Shown here in pieces: positions 1-9,800 of a DNA stretch of 64,000 bases. The DNA is from Diplonema japonicum (taxonomy: Eukaryota > Protista > Euglenozoa: Diplonemea). Where the stretch lies: the NCBI GenBank assembly GCA_964019335.1, contig OZ025671.1:186001-250000 (forward strand). The letters are read 5' to 3'. Both the position numbers and the translations under genes were made by a program. Numbering within the stretch: the first letter of the stretch is position 1; every line of letters begins with the position of its first letter. Under the pieces are notes generated by a model. The model did not search any database, was not told the DNA's origin, and worked only from the letters and a program-made list of their open reading frames with translations.

Positions 1-771
1 ATCAACAGCAGCTTGAATAAGCTGACAATCCGTCAATCTCGTCGCCTTCTGCCCCGGAATGAAATGCACATTAGTGCCCTGCAAAGGAACCGCTCGACCG
101 GCATCAGTACACACTGCAGCATGCGCGGCCGCCTTGTGCATCAAGGCCAACGAGACTGTTAGTGAAGGACAACTACTTTTTGACCGAATCACATTATGAG
201 CAGCCACCGCCATCTCCTGCACTGTCATAATGGTGTCATCGTCATCGCTTGTGTCATATTGCGGTTGTGCGAGGCTGGCACGGCGCGACTCACAGTACAT
301 ACTGTCAACGTAGGCAATGCTGAGCCTGTCCACAAGGGCATCCTCTACACTTGTTGCTGGTGTTGGTTTGACGTGTCTTTTGTAGTAGTCAACACTTGCT
401 GTTATCTTGTCCTCTAGTGCCTTGGCGTTCACGGGTGTCCAGTCTGTCTTGTTCGCTCCTGTTAAAAGCCTTGCGTAGTTGTTGTTGTTGTTGTTGTGTT
501 TCGGTGATGATACTGGGGGTGCTCTTCTGCCTGTGTTCTGTGCCGGGCTGTCCCACACGCCCTTCGACATGAACTCTTTTAGTAGTATGGCTGCTCGTTG
601 TTGTGCTTCCTCTGGTGTCCGTGGTTTTGCGTCCATGCTCCCCTGTTGGACGAGCATTTTCGCCAATCTTAACGCATCCTCAGGTGTTGCCACAGCGTCC
701 CTCATCGACCTCACCGAGTCGGGGTTAGGGTGTGCTGGACTTTTATAGGGGTACATCACTCCGTTGTACAT
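1..771 (-). CDS. Hypothetical protein, N-terminal part (runs off window start)
   Basis: Open frame from ATG at 771 (MYNGVMYPYKSPAHPNPDSVRSMRDAVATPEDALRLAKML...) to position 1 with no stop; preceded by CTTTCCAG|G acceptor-like site. Not in the ORF track because it has no stop in the window. Confidence 0.75.
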   Translation of the reverse strand, partial: MYNGVMYPYKSPAHPNPDSVRSMRDAVATPEDALRLAKMLVQQGSMDAKPRTPEEAQQRAAILLKEFMSKGVWDSPAQNTGRRAPPVSSPKHNNNNNNYARLLTGANKTDWTPVNAKALEDKITASVDYYKRHVKPTPATSVEDALVDRLSIAYVDSMYCESRRASLAQPQYDTSDDDDTIMTVQEMAVAAHNVIRSKSSCPSLTVSLALMHKAAAHAAVCTDAGRAVPLQGTNVHFIPGQKATRLTDCQLIQAAVD

Positions 772-1251
772 TTCTTGGTGATGGGCCCCTGGAAAGTTTT
801 TTTTTTTTTTAAATTGTTTTGGTGATCGTTTTGAATAGGAAAAAAAAAAGGGAAAGAAATCGAAAAAAAAAAAAGGAAAAAAAAAAAAAAGAGCTCACTT
901 TTCTCTTATTTGTTCTTTTTTCGAATATTTCTCTTATCAACGCACGAAGAAACACATGGATTACATAAAAAAGAAAAAAGAAGGGGGGGGGAAAGGGGGA
1001 GAAAGAAAGAGAAAGGGTGAGTATGCAAAGAGGGGGTTGTACTGTTCCTCACTTTTTCATTTACTTTTTCTTTTCATCCCCGCCTGAGGGGTTTTTTTTT
1101 TGTTTTTGTTTTGATTTGCTGCGGTCGTTTCTCACTAAAAGGCTTTTGAGAGGAAAAATAAAAGAGAAGGTGGGGAGAGGGGAATTGACATTACTTTTGT
1201 TTTCTTTCCACCCTCTCCCCCTCCCCCCCACTTTTCTTTTTTTTTTTGAAC

Positions 1252-2469
1252 TTACTGTAAAGCTTCCCACCTAACCGAAGATAGCGCAAAGGTAGCACCG
1301 ACAAAGGCCCCGAACATAGAGAAAAAACAAATCAATGTAAGAAGAAGCACAAGGTGCTTTATGGGAAGTCCCGCGATAAGATTCTGCGGGGCGGCATCTC
1401 CCGGCTTGCCAGAATCAGGCGATCGGATCTGTCTTTTCGACTTCCTAGCCGGCGACCCGTTACTAGACGGTGCGGAGGTGCTGCCAGTACCAGGGGACCC
1501 GGGGTTCACATGCTTGTTCACATACTTCGCAACAAGTAAATCAATTGGCTTCCCTGCTTTTTTCAACTCCTTCAAACCCGATTTCTCAATCGTCATTTTG
1601 AGCAATTTCGGGCAGGAGTCGACCCAGTTCACCCGTGCTTTCGAGTACATCTTAACCTGACCATCCTCACCAGTAAACATATGGAAGGATTCTGTTCGAA
1701 ACGACGCTCCATACATTATATCAGGAACCTGCCCTGACCGGTGGAACGACAGCTTCTCCACCCCGCCTTCTTTGGAATACGCGAATCGATGTGCTTCGGT
1801 GTACGATTTCGGACCGAACGGGGTGCTTCCTATGCAGTTCATCACCCGCATCCCACCGAACTGGTCAGTCTTTGCCCACGGCCCTATTTGGATGTTCTCG
1901 TCATTGCGGCTTACATGGTAATCGTTGGTGTAGCCGGACTGGTCGGATAACAGAATGTGCCATAATTGCTGGATTGTGCAAGGGAGAATGACTGTTGAAC
2001 CAGTTGGGGTGTCGAGGTCCTCTTCGGGTGAGAATGAGTTTTTTGTGATCTCCGCCATGAAGACTACCTTCTCGACGGCTTCTAGATGCGGGCCTTCAAA
2101 TGGTTCAATACCGTTAGTGGGGTCAAATGACATGATAGGTGTTGCAGGCTCTACGTCGCCGTTCTGGTCTCGCTTGGGAGGTCTTGCGCCGCCTTTCTTG
2201 AGTATTTCCGAGGCTTTGATTTTTTTATCGCCCATGCTGTAGTAGTTAGTGCCGGCTTTGACAGGGCTGCCCACGACGTGGACCTCGATGTAGTAGAAAC
2301 TGCCCTGTGCGACCTCTTCAGTGATGATGGCCTCGCATCCTTTTTCGATGACGACCGGCTCGCCTCTCTTGTTGGCCTTCCCCTGCAACGCGATGCCGCC
2401 TCCCGTCGTGAAGTGCTTCACTTCTATCGTGTCGCGGAGATCATTCTCCACACTGAAGCTTCCTCCCAT
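1252..2469 (-). CDS. VASt (StART-like, LAM/GRAMD1-type) lipid-transfer domain protein with C-terminal TM helix
   Basis: LPCTIQQLWHILLSD...IGPW...GGMRVMN...PFGPK...VPDIMYGASFRTE...VNWV...LLKMTIEK pattern; hydrophobic C-terminal segment; MG start. A possible extra intron 1143-1255 (GTAAGT...AAAG) would extend the C-terminus to 1061. Confidence 0.75.
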   Translation of the reverse strand: MGGSFSVENDLRDTIEVKHFTTGGGIALQGKANKRGEPVVIEKGCEAIITEEVAQGSFYYIEVHVVGSPVKAGTNYYSMGDKKIKASEILKKGGARPPKRDQNGDVEPATPIMSFDPTNGIEPFEGPHLEAVEKVVFMAEITKNSFSPEEDLDTPTGSTVILPCTIQQLWHILLSDQSGYTNDYHVSRNDENIQIGPWAKTDQFGGMRVMNCIGSTPFGPKSYTEAHRFAYSKEGGVEKLSFHRSGQVPDIMYGASFRTESFHMFTGEDGQVKMYSKARVNWVDSCPKLLKMTIEKSGLKELKKAGKPIDLLVAKYVNKHVNPGSPGTGSTSAPSSNGSPARKSKRQIRSPDSGKPGDAAPQNLIAGLPIKHLVLLLTLICFFSMFGAFVGATFALSSVRWEALQ

Positions 2470-2668
2470 TTCTTTTTCAAATTTTCTTTTTTTTTTTCTC
2501 CCCGCCCCGCCCTCCCTCTCTCTCTCGGTTTTTTTGGGGTGGGATATTATTTAGAAATTGAAAATAAGAGAAATAAGAGGGGGGAACTTACAAATGGCGG
2601 TTTTTCTTTTTTTTTTTTTTTCTTTTTTTTTTTTGTCGTTGGTGGTTGTCTAAAAAAAAGAAGAAGAA

Positions 2669-2715
2669 ATTCTTGGATTAAAGTATGCGTTTTTTTTTTT
2701 TGCGCTCACCGGCCG
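2669..2715 (-). mobile_element. Micro-copy of the 3' end of the retroelement at 42601-43384
   Basis: + strand ATTCTT..TTAAAGTATGCGTT(T-run)GCGCTCACCGGCCG followed by an A-run matches ATTCTTTTAAGGTATGCGTTGCTCACCGGCCG at 42603-42634. Confidence 0.55.
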
Positions 2716-3328
2716 AAAAAAAAAAAAAAAACATATGCTTCCAACTGGGGCAGCGGAAAACTGCCAGAAAAAAAAAGAAAAGAAAGGAAAAACCCAAGGT
2801 CTTCTTAGATCTTTTAAAAAAGTTTCGTTATTAAACCCACCTTAGCATCAGACATACAAGCCATTTTAATAAAAACTAACTGACATGTAAGCCTTGCGTT
2901 CTTGTGCTCACCAGCTATCCCGCGGCGCTTTCGAAAATAAAAAAGAAGGAAAAAGATATAAATAGAGAAGAAAAATGGATGAAATTATGGGGAGAAAAAA
3001 GTGAAAACAATAGTGGGAGGGGGGGGGGGGGAGGGGATAGGAACACGACAGCTAATATTACGGAGATCCTTTTTTTGTTTCAAAGACGAAAATACAAAAT
3101 ATATTGCACACCCCCCCCCCCCCCCCGTCCATTCTTCTCCCACTCCTTTTTTTTCCCCTTATTCTTCTTTCTCTCGATCTCTTTCTTTTTTTTAAACCCC
3201 CCCTGTTTCATCTATTTCTTCTTTTCTTTTTAAGTCTGTCTCCCCGATCTCTATCTATCTAAGTTTTTTTTTCCTCCCCCCTTCTATGTTTTTTTTTTTT
3301 TTTTTTTTTTTTTTTTTCCTTCAAAAAT

Positions 3329-3392
3329 TCACCGCCATTGACTCGTGCTCCCTCGCGAGGTGCTAGACGAAAGAGGTTTAATCCGGCTTCTG

Positions 3393-3424
<32 letters not shown>

Positions 3425-4075
3425 CCCCTGTTCCCTCTCCAAAACACACCCTGTGGACATTGTAGAGGAAACGCTCCCAGGACCACCAGTCCGCCTTGTA
3501 GAACGCGACATCGTCGACATCGTTTCATCAGCTCTGAAGGGCCTCGTGTCAGGGGGTGGACCAGGACAAGGCGGGCACCCGAGGATATGCCCTGAGTGGT
3601 GTCTTGCATACTCCTTTATACCCCCTGTCAGCACAAATATATTGTCAAGCCCCTTCTCAAAAAGCACATTAGCGATCCGCCCCACCGTCGACTCGTCCAT
3701 GTCATAAGCAACGATGATGTGCTTTTCTTTGTTTTTGAACGGATACATCTCAGGTATGAAAGGTGTCATAGCCTTGCACAGGGTGAGCGGGGGGTAGTGT
3801 ACAGAGCCATCTATTCTGCACTCTTCAAACTCTTCCCGTTCTCGTACATCGATGACAAGCACCTTCTCCTCGCAGTCGTCCTCGCTCATCAGTCGGAACA
3901 ACGTTCCTGGTTTTATCCTTTTGAAATGCTCCAAACCCCTCTCCGCTCTCGACTCCTTCGGCCGTGTGTTCAACACATTATTCCCCGTGTCGATGGTCGA
4001 TCTGGTGTCGTACTTCTTAACCGGCTTGATAATCTTATCCAAGATGTTCCTGTCACCTATTGCTGGTTTCGCCAT
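3329..4075 (-). CDS. CEP41: CEP41-like rhodanese-domain ciliary protein (228 aa; intron 3390-3449)
   Basis: KKYDTRSTIDTG N-terminal motif; VLVIDVREREEFEECRIDGSVHYP...YPFKNKEKHIIVAYD...GLDNIFVLTGG rhodanese fold. A 60-nt GTGTGT...(A)nGCAG intron removes the spurious poly-Lys. Confidence 0.8.
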
Positions 4076-4498
4076 CTTTTTTTTTTTTTTTTTTTTCTCT
4101 TTATTTTTTTTAGGTGGTGGGGATAACATAGAAATATAAGAAGTACATCAGATGTGTTGTTCGCTGTTGACCTCCTCGTCGGTCATCACCGGTAGCGCCC
4201 GAGTGGAAGATCATAAAGCAGATGCTCAGGGTGACGAACAGGCAGCAAACTGCACGAGCGCAGAATCTTGGTTACCCGGAACGCCCCTGCTAGGGTTGAG
4301 CACACCGCACGCATTAAGGACACGACGCGGAACGCAGAAGAAGCTACTGCTCGGCCGAGGAGCGCCCCCTGTAATCAAGTAGGAAGTTCGTGCTTCGTTG
4401 CACGCTTAATGCCACCTAGTGTTGCAATCAAAGCCCCATTTTTTTTTTTTTTTTTTGTGCAACAAAAAAAAAAAAAAAAAAAAAATCTAAAATCTTAC

Positions 4499-5002
4499 TC
4501 ACCGAAACAATTTCCGTGCATCGGGGGATCGCTTAAACAGAAGCTTGGTGTCAAGCAATTTCAACTTAAACTCCAGTGGTTTCGTATCGGTACAACAGGA
4601 ATGGCACACAGCCCTTCCGAATAGTGTATAAGGAGAAGATGTGTCGGGGCGGCACAGGAGGTACACAGGGCTTCCATCGATTTCAGAGGAGTTGATGAGA
4701 GGGGTGTAGAACACCGAGGACATTGACATGGAGGACGAGCCGTAGTATGTTACAAAGTAAGAATGGCCCTTTTTTATGAAGGAATTTGAGTATGCGTCAG
4801 AGTCCAGGTTGATCCAGAGCATTAGGCCGTTGCCCCATCTCAGGATACCCCCCATTTTGCTGAATTTCACCCCGGAGAGGCCTGCTGCAGCGTCCACCAC
4901 GCACTGCTTCCCAGCCTCGCTTTGCTCGTTGCCAACCCATTCATCTACAAAATCATCGAGAATATCTTTATAACAAAGCTCAAAGTTCTTTCTTTGCTTC
5001 AT
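4499..5002 (-). CDS. Small protein resembling DUF3427/SRA-like (PUA-superfamily) nucleic-acid-binding domain
   Basis: LWINLD..YSNSF.....VTYYGSSS.....PLI......VYLLCRP.....YTLFG.......PLEFKLKL pattern; motif-level resemblance only. Confidence 0.5.
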   Translation of the reverse strand: MKQRKNFELCYKDILDDFVDEWVGNEQSEAGKQCVVDAAAGLSGVKFSKMGGILRWGNGLMLWINLDSDAYSNSFIKKGHSYFVTYYGSSSMSMSSVFYTPLINSSEIDGSPVYLLCRPDTSSPYTLFGRAVCHSCCTDTKPLEFKLKLLDTKLLFKRSPDARKLFR

Positions 5003-5154
5003 TTCCCCCCCCCCCTTTTTTTTTCTTTCTTCTTTCTCCTTCTTGCAAAAGATTCGGGGGAAAAAAAATGTCAAAAGAGAAGAATAACACTCCGGTTATA
5101 ACAAAGTAAGTATTATAAACATTTTCTCCCCCCCCCCCTCCCCCGTATCTTTTT

Positions 5155-8100
5155 TCAAAAGCACGAGGGTATGAACTCGCTCATATCAGGGAGGTAGTAG
5201 ATCTTTGGGAAGTACTGTTTGTTCGTGTGCAGGAATTTGATGACCTCCTGTTCGATCAGCCTTCTGGTCGCGGAGTTCTCCTTTGTCACGGACTCAAGAA
5301 GCTGATTTCGCGAAGACGCATCGATCTCACTTGCCCCAGACTGCTCAATGTACTTCGCGATAACAGACCTAAGCCTCTTTGTTTCGTCGTGCTCCTTGAG
5401 CTTCTCCCGCAGCGACGAGAAAAATGAGGCGAACGCAGAGTGGTACACAGCATAAGCCCACTGTAAAGTATTATTTTTCTTTCTTTTTTCTTTTTTTAAA
5501 ACAAACCCTTGATCGTAAATATTGTAACAAGTCCAAAGTTGCGCCTCGCGAATTTTTACCTTGTTCATAGGCGTACACCACGTTCACCATTGACTCCGGG
5601 AGGCCCACCAACGCCATAAGGTTGTGCATTTCAATCTCTTCGGACCCTAAGTATGTAATGCACTCGATGTACTTGTTGGGGCCGATGGACAGCTTGATGT
5701 AGCTGTCACCACGGTTGTTGTTCGACGTGAGGTCCATGCACTGCGCTGATACTTCGGAGTACTTGGCTGTTTTACACCGGAAGAAATAGTAATTGTTGGG
5801 AAGGTGCACCTTCGTGCTGACCTTTTCCGTGTATTCCGGTAAGGCTTTGGGTGCCATTGCTTGTTTTGACACTTCGCTCTGTGCGTCCGGTGCACCGTCA
5901 CCTGTCGTGTCTTCCTCGTCATCATCTTCATGAAATTCTTCAACACCGACGAATCCGAGAACGGTTTCCGCAAACCGAGTGCCGACTTCAAGTGGATTGA
6001 AGCTTTCGAATTCCTCGGAAGGTCCGAATCTCCCGCTGAACATTGCTATCGGCCCCACAGCGTAGATGCTTGGGTCGGTTGTGCGGTAGTTGTACTTCAC
6101 AATAACTCGCCCGTCGAACACAATGCTTCTCTTGTTGAGAGCCGACAGGATCTGGGAGTCGATGTCCTTCTCGTGACAGTAGATAAACATCGTGGCGGGG
6201 ATCTCCGTTATCTTGTTCTTCTTCTTCTCGTCATTGGTCTCCTGGCTCAGTAAGTACACCGCATTCAAATTATGGTCCTCATCGTATTCCATCCTGTCCA
6301 GGACGTGCCCTTTGTATGTCTTAGCTCCTTGCGACTCCATCAGCTTGTCTACACGATTGTCGATTTCCGAATCTCCAAATACCGATATCTCATCGGAACC
6401 TTCTTGTGGTAAGACGAGGACGAGTCGTGACGCGCTCAGTCCAATTTGTGTCAGTGATGTTGCCACGCTGTACACCTCCATGCTGGATCCATAGACGACA
6501 GCGTTGGAAAGCTCGTCCTCATACGCCTCGGACTCCCTGATGTGCTGTTTGATTTTGTGAATCTGCGACACTGAGCTTAGTTCGAACATTCCGTTTTTCG
6601 CTAGGTTCTTCGTCGCCAGCTCCTTCGGGATGGTGAATTGCCGCCCCGCCGTCACGATGAGGTGGTCGTACGGCTCCACGAACCCATTGTCTGTCACGAT
6701 GTACTTGTCGTTCCTCTCGAAGTCAATCATCGTGCCCTCGATGATGCGCACCTTCCCGCCTATCTTGAAGAGGATGTACTCCCTCTCCAGCCACGTCAGT
6801 GTGTCGACCGACCAGTGCTCCGAGTCCTGCGTGTTCGGATGAGGCAGAATGCCATCCCTCGACACCAGTACAATGTTCGCGATGTACAGGTACGGTATCT
6901 TGAGCCACGCGTATATGGCCGCCAGCCCAGTCGTCGACGCCCCGATGACGACAAGCCGTGAGTAGATTTTCGTCTTTTCATCGGACAGCTGTTTCTTGGA
7001 CATGAAATGCAGGCACACAAGCTCCTCGTTGTCGTCGACAAGAGGCGTCTCGTCCTCGCCGCTCTCCTCGATCATCCTTCGCGGCATAGAGAGGATAAGC
7101 TCTGCAAGGAGGGACTGAGACGCTTCGTCAATCGGCGTTAGGCAGTAGAAGAGAAGCTGCGTGCACGACTGCCGCATGATCTCCCGTATGAAGACACGTA
7201 TCCTGTTGCGGAAGGTAGGCTTCACGTAGAAGTGTGTCACAAGCAGCGACGGCATCTTCGCGGACAGCTCGTGTCGTGTGTCTTCAGCATCGGGGTTGAT
7301 GTCGGTGGCGGTGTAGTTGGGCTTCCCGTCGGGCACGAAGTTCACAAGGTGGTCAAGCTCAAAGTTCGCACGCAGATGGTGCACTTCCCCGTTTGTCAAA
7401 ACCCGGACGTTGCACATTCCGACCACTGTTCCCTCATAGTCGTGCAGGCAGTAGCTTAACAACATCCCTTGTTCTGCCTCTGCATCACCTTCCATAGGGT
7501 CAGTCTCTGTGGTTGTTATTGCCAGTTCCACGAACCGTGAACAAGTGTCGGCTGAGTAGTCCACCTGCGCTTCAAGCATGCCCTTAATCTCTTCAATATC
7601 ATTCTCTTCCGTGTTGCTCACCACTATGGGTAAGATGCTGTGCCGACATAAAAGCCAGGTCCCGTTCGGAAGCGTCAGCCCTTGCTTCAAAGGGAGGTAC
7701 GCGAAGTCGTGCAGCAAGGGGTGCTCCGTCGTGGTGTGTGGAAGTGTGATGAGGCAGTACTCAACGTTCTCGAACTGCGCGAAGGCGGGTTTGATGAACG
7801 ACGCTGCACGGCTTTCATATTCAGGGTTCAGGTAGAAGAAGGTGATCTGGAAGCTGTTCTGACCAACACGGTCGCGATCCGTGTGCCGGAGTTTGTTGTA
7901 CACATCAGTGTTGTAATGCTTCGTGGTGTAGGATTGGTTCTCGCTGCTCTTGACCATACACATGAGACCGACGATCTGACGGGTATCAGGGTCTTCCGCA
8001 ACAAGGACGGAGTGGTTGACATCCTGGTCTTCAAGAGTCTCGTCTAGAAAGAACTCCTCAGGGGGAGATGTCAAGACACCGTCGCCTGCTTGCAGCAACG

Positions 8101-8677
8101 GCATTAAATCGTCAAAGTCCTCAACAAGTCCTTTTCTTATAACAAGGTCTTGAAGGATGTCCTCTCGCGTGCAGTAGAAGACCGACAACGACGACGACAC
8201 CTTACCAGGCAACCGTTTGAACAGCGATAACAAGGGCGGGAACAGCCCTGTTGAGGTGGGGACGGCGAAGAGTACGTACTCCAGATCTTGCAGGGTTGTT
8301 GCGATGGTGTTGAAAACGTGGTCTTGTACTGCGTCCGTGTACTGTGCCTTCCCGATGAGGAGGGAGAGCCACAGTGTGTTATGAGGAAGGAGCCCTGGTG
8401 TTTTTGTCATGTCACAGGTTTCCGCCAGCCATCGTTCCCAGACCCTTCCAGGTATTTCACCGTTCTGAGAGAGTTCGGGGGAGTCGCTGAAGCTCGCAAA
8501 CCCGACAACTCCTTCTTCCTCTTCTTCAATCGCTATTGACAAATAACTTTTTTCCACCAATTCACAAAAATTTACCTCACCGTACTTCCTTTCCCAGGCA
8601 TGTAAGCCTGTGTCTCCCATTATGCTTCGCACCACTGGCACGTCATCAATGTTCGCCCTCCTCGCGGAGATAGCCAT
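5155..8677 (-). CDS. CFAP61: Cilia- and flagella-associated protein 61 (1158 aa; intron 5461-5506)
   Basis: IRKGLVEDFDDLMPL, RLVVIGASTTGLA, YDHLIVTAGRQF, SIVFDGRVIV...TTDPSIYAVG. A 46-nt GT-AG intron joins ...YLRSR to WAYAVYH in frame. Confidence 0.9.
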
Positions 8678-9743
8678 TTTTTCTTTTAACTGTTATTGCA
8701 AGTCGGAAAGAAGGAAAGAAAGAAAGGGAAAAGAATGAAAGAATAAGGAAAATACCTCCCCCCTCCCTTTACTATTTCTCCACCCCCACCCCTTTTCTTT
8801 TAATTCTCATCCCTTCCCCCGTTTTTTTTTTTCTCTTACACCCTCTTTTGTCATTTCTTTCCCCCCCTAATATAAAGAAAACGAGTTGTTCAGAAAATGA
8901 TGGCTGTTTTTGTTTGCAGATTAATAACAACTCCTGACTCAAAAAAAAATATGAAATGACGAAGGTGTAAAGAAAAAAACAAAAACCTTAGCTATAATTT
9001 TGTTGGTAATAAAAATAGCTATTTCCTCCCCCTTTTTTTTTCTTTTTTGGTGAGATAAAGAAATATAAAAATAAGTAAATAAATAAACTGATCTCTTTTT
9101 TTTTCTTCCATTTTATTTCTGTTTTTCTATTGATTACTTTTTTTCTTCTTCTTTCGTTTCATATCCCCCCCTCGCTTCTTTTTCCGTTTTAAGTAAGATG
9201 AAAGGCGGCAAGGCGGAGATGGGCGATGCCACGGGGTGAGGGAAAAGGGGCACTTGGAATTCTTTTAAACAAAAAGAATTTAGATGACATGAGCAAAATT
9301 TTTGATAATATGGATCTTCTCGTTACATCCCTTGCTCGAACAAAAAAAAAAAGATAAAGAAGAAAAGAAAAAAGAAAAGAAAAAAAGGGTTAGTGCAGCA
9401 AAATCAGCAAAAGTGGGAAAGCACAGAGGAGGGAAGGGGACGACGTTGGATCCTCTCTGGCCTTGAGTTGCGCACTTTATTCTGTTTTTATTTTTTTTAT
9501 TTTTTCTCGTTATTTTAAGATGCATGATACTAGGCTCTTCTACTTCCCTTTTTTGTTTTCCTCTTTTTCTTTTACCAGTACACCGGGACACGAAGCCCTC
9601 TCGGCGTAGCCTGGCTTTTATGGTGGGTTAGTAAACGGACTCAAATATAAAAAAAAAAAAAAAAAAAAAAAGGATTGTTCGGCAAATCCCCATGTCCCTC
9701 CCCGTCTCTTCCTTTATGAGGAGAGAAAAAGAAGAAAAAAAAA

Positions 9744-9783
9744 TTCACTATGATAGGAACGAAGTGGTTAGCAACGGCCCGCC
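9744..9783 (-). repeat. 40-bp dispersed repeat, copy 1 (17 nt downstream of the exportin-T stop)
   Basis: + strand TTCACTATGATAGGAACGAAGTGGTTAGCAACGGCCCGCC between A-runs; also at 28176, 34829 and (diverged) 37682. Confidence 0.9.
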
Positions 9784-9800
9784 AAAAAAAAAAAAAGACT

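Noticed and set aside
3390-3449. Poly-lysine tracts inside proteins (also 23856-23894 and several ORF N-termini)
   Set aside because: Explained by in-frame poly(A) introns or A-rich 5' leaders, not coding sequence.
4285-4300. Telomerase RNA template (AACCCTA) or RNase P/MRP RNA within the 4146-4440 island
   Set aside because: Only 7 nt match a TTAGGG template, and no pairing CR-I/CR-V (P4) motifs were found in the right order.
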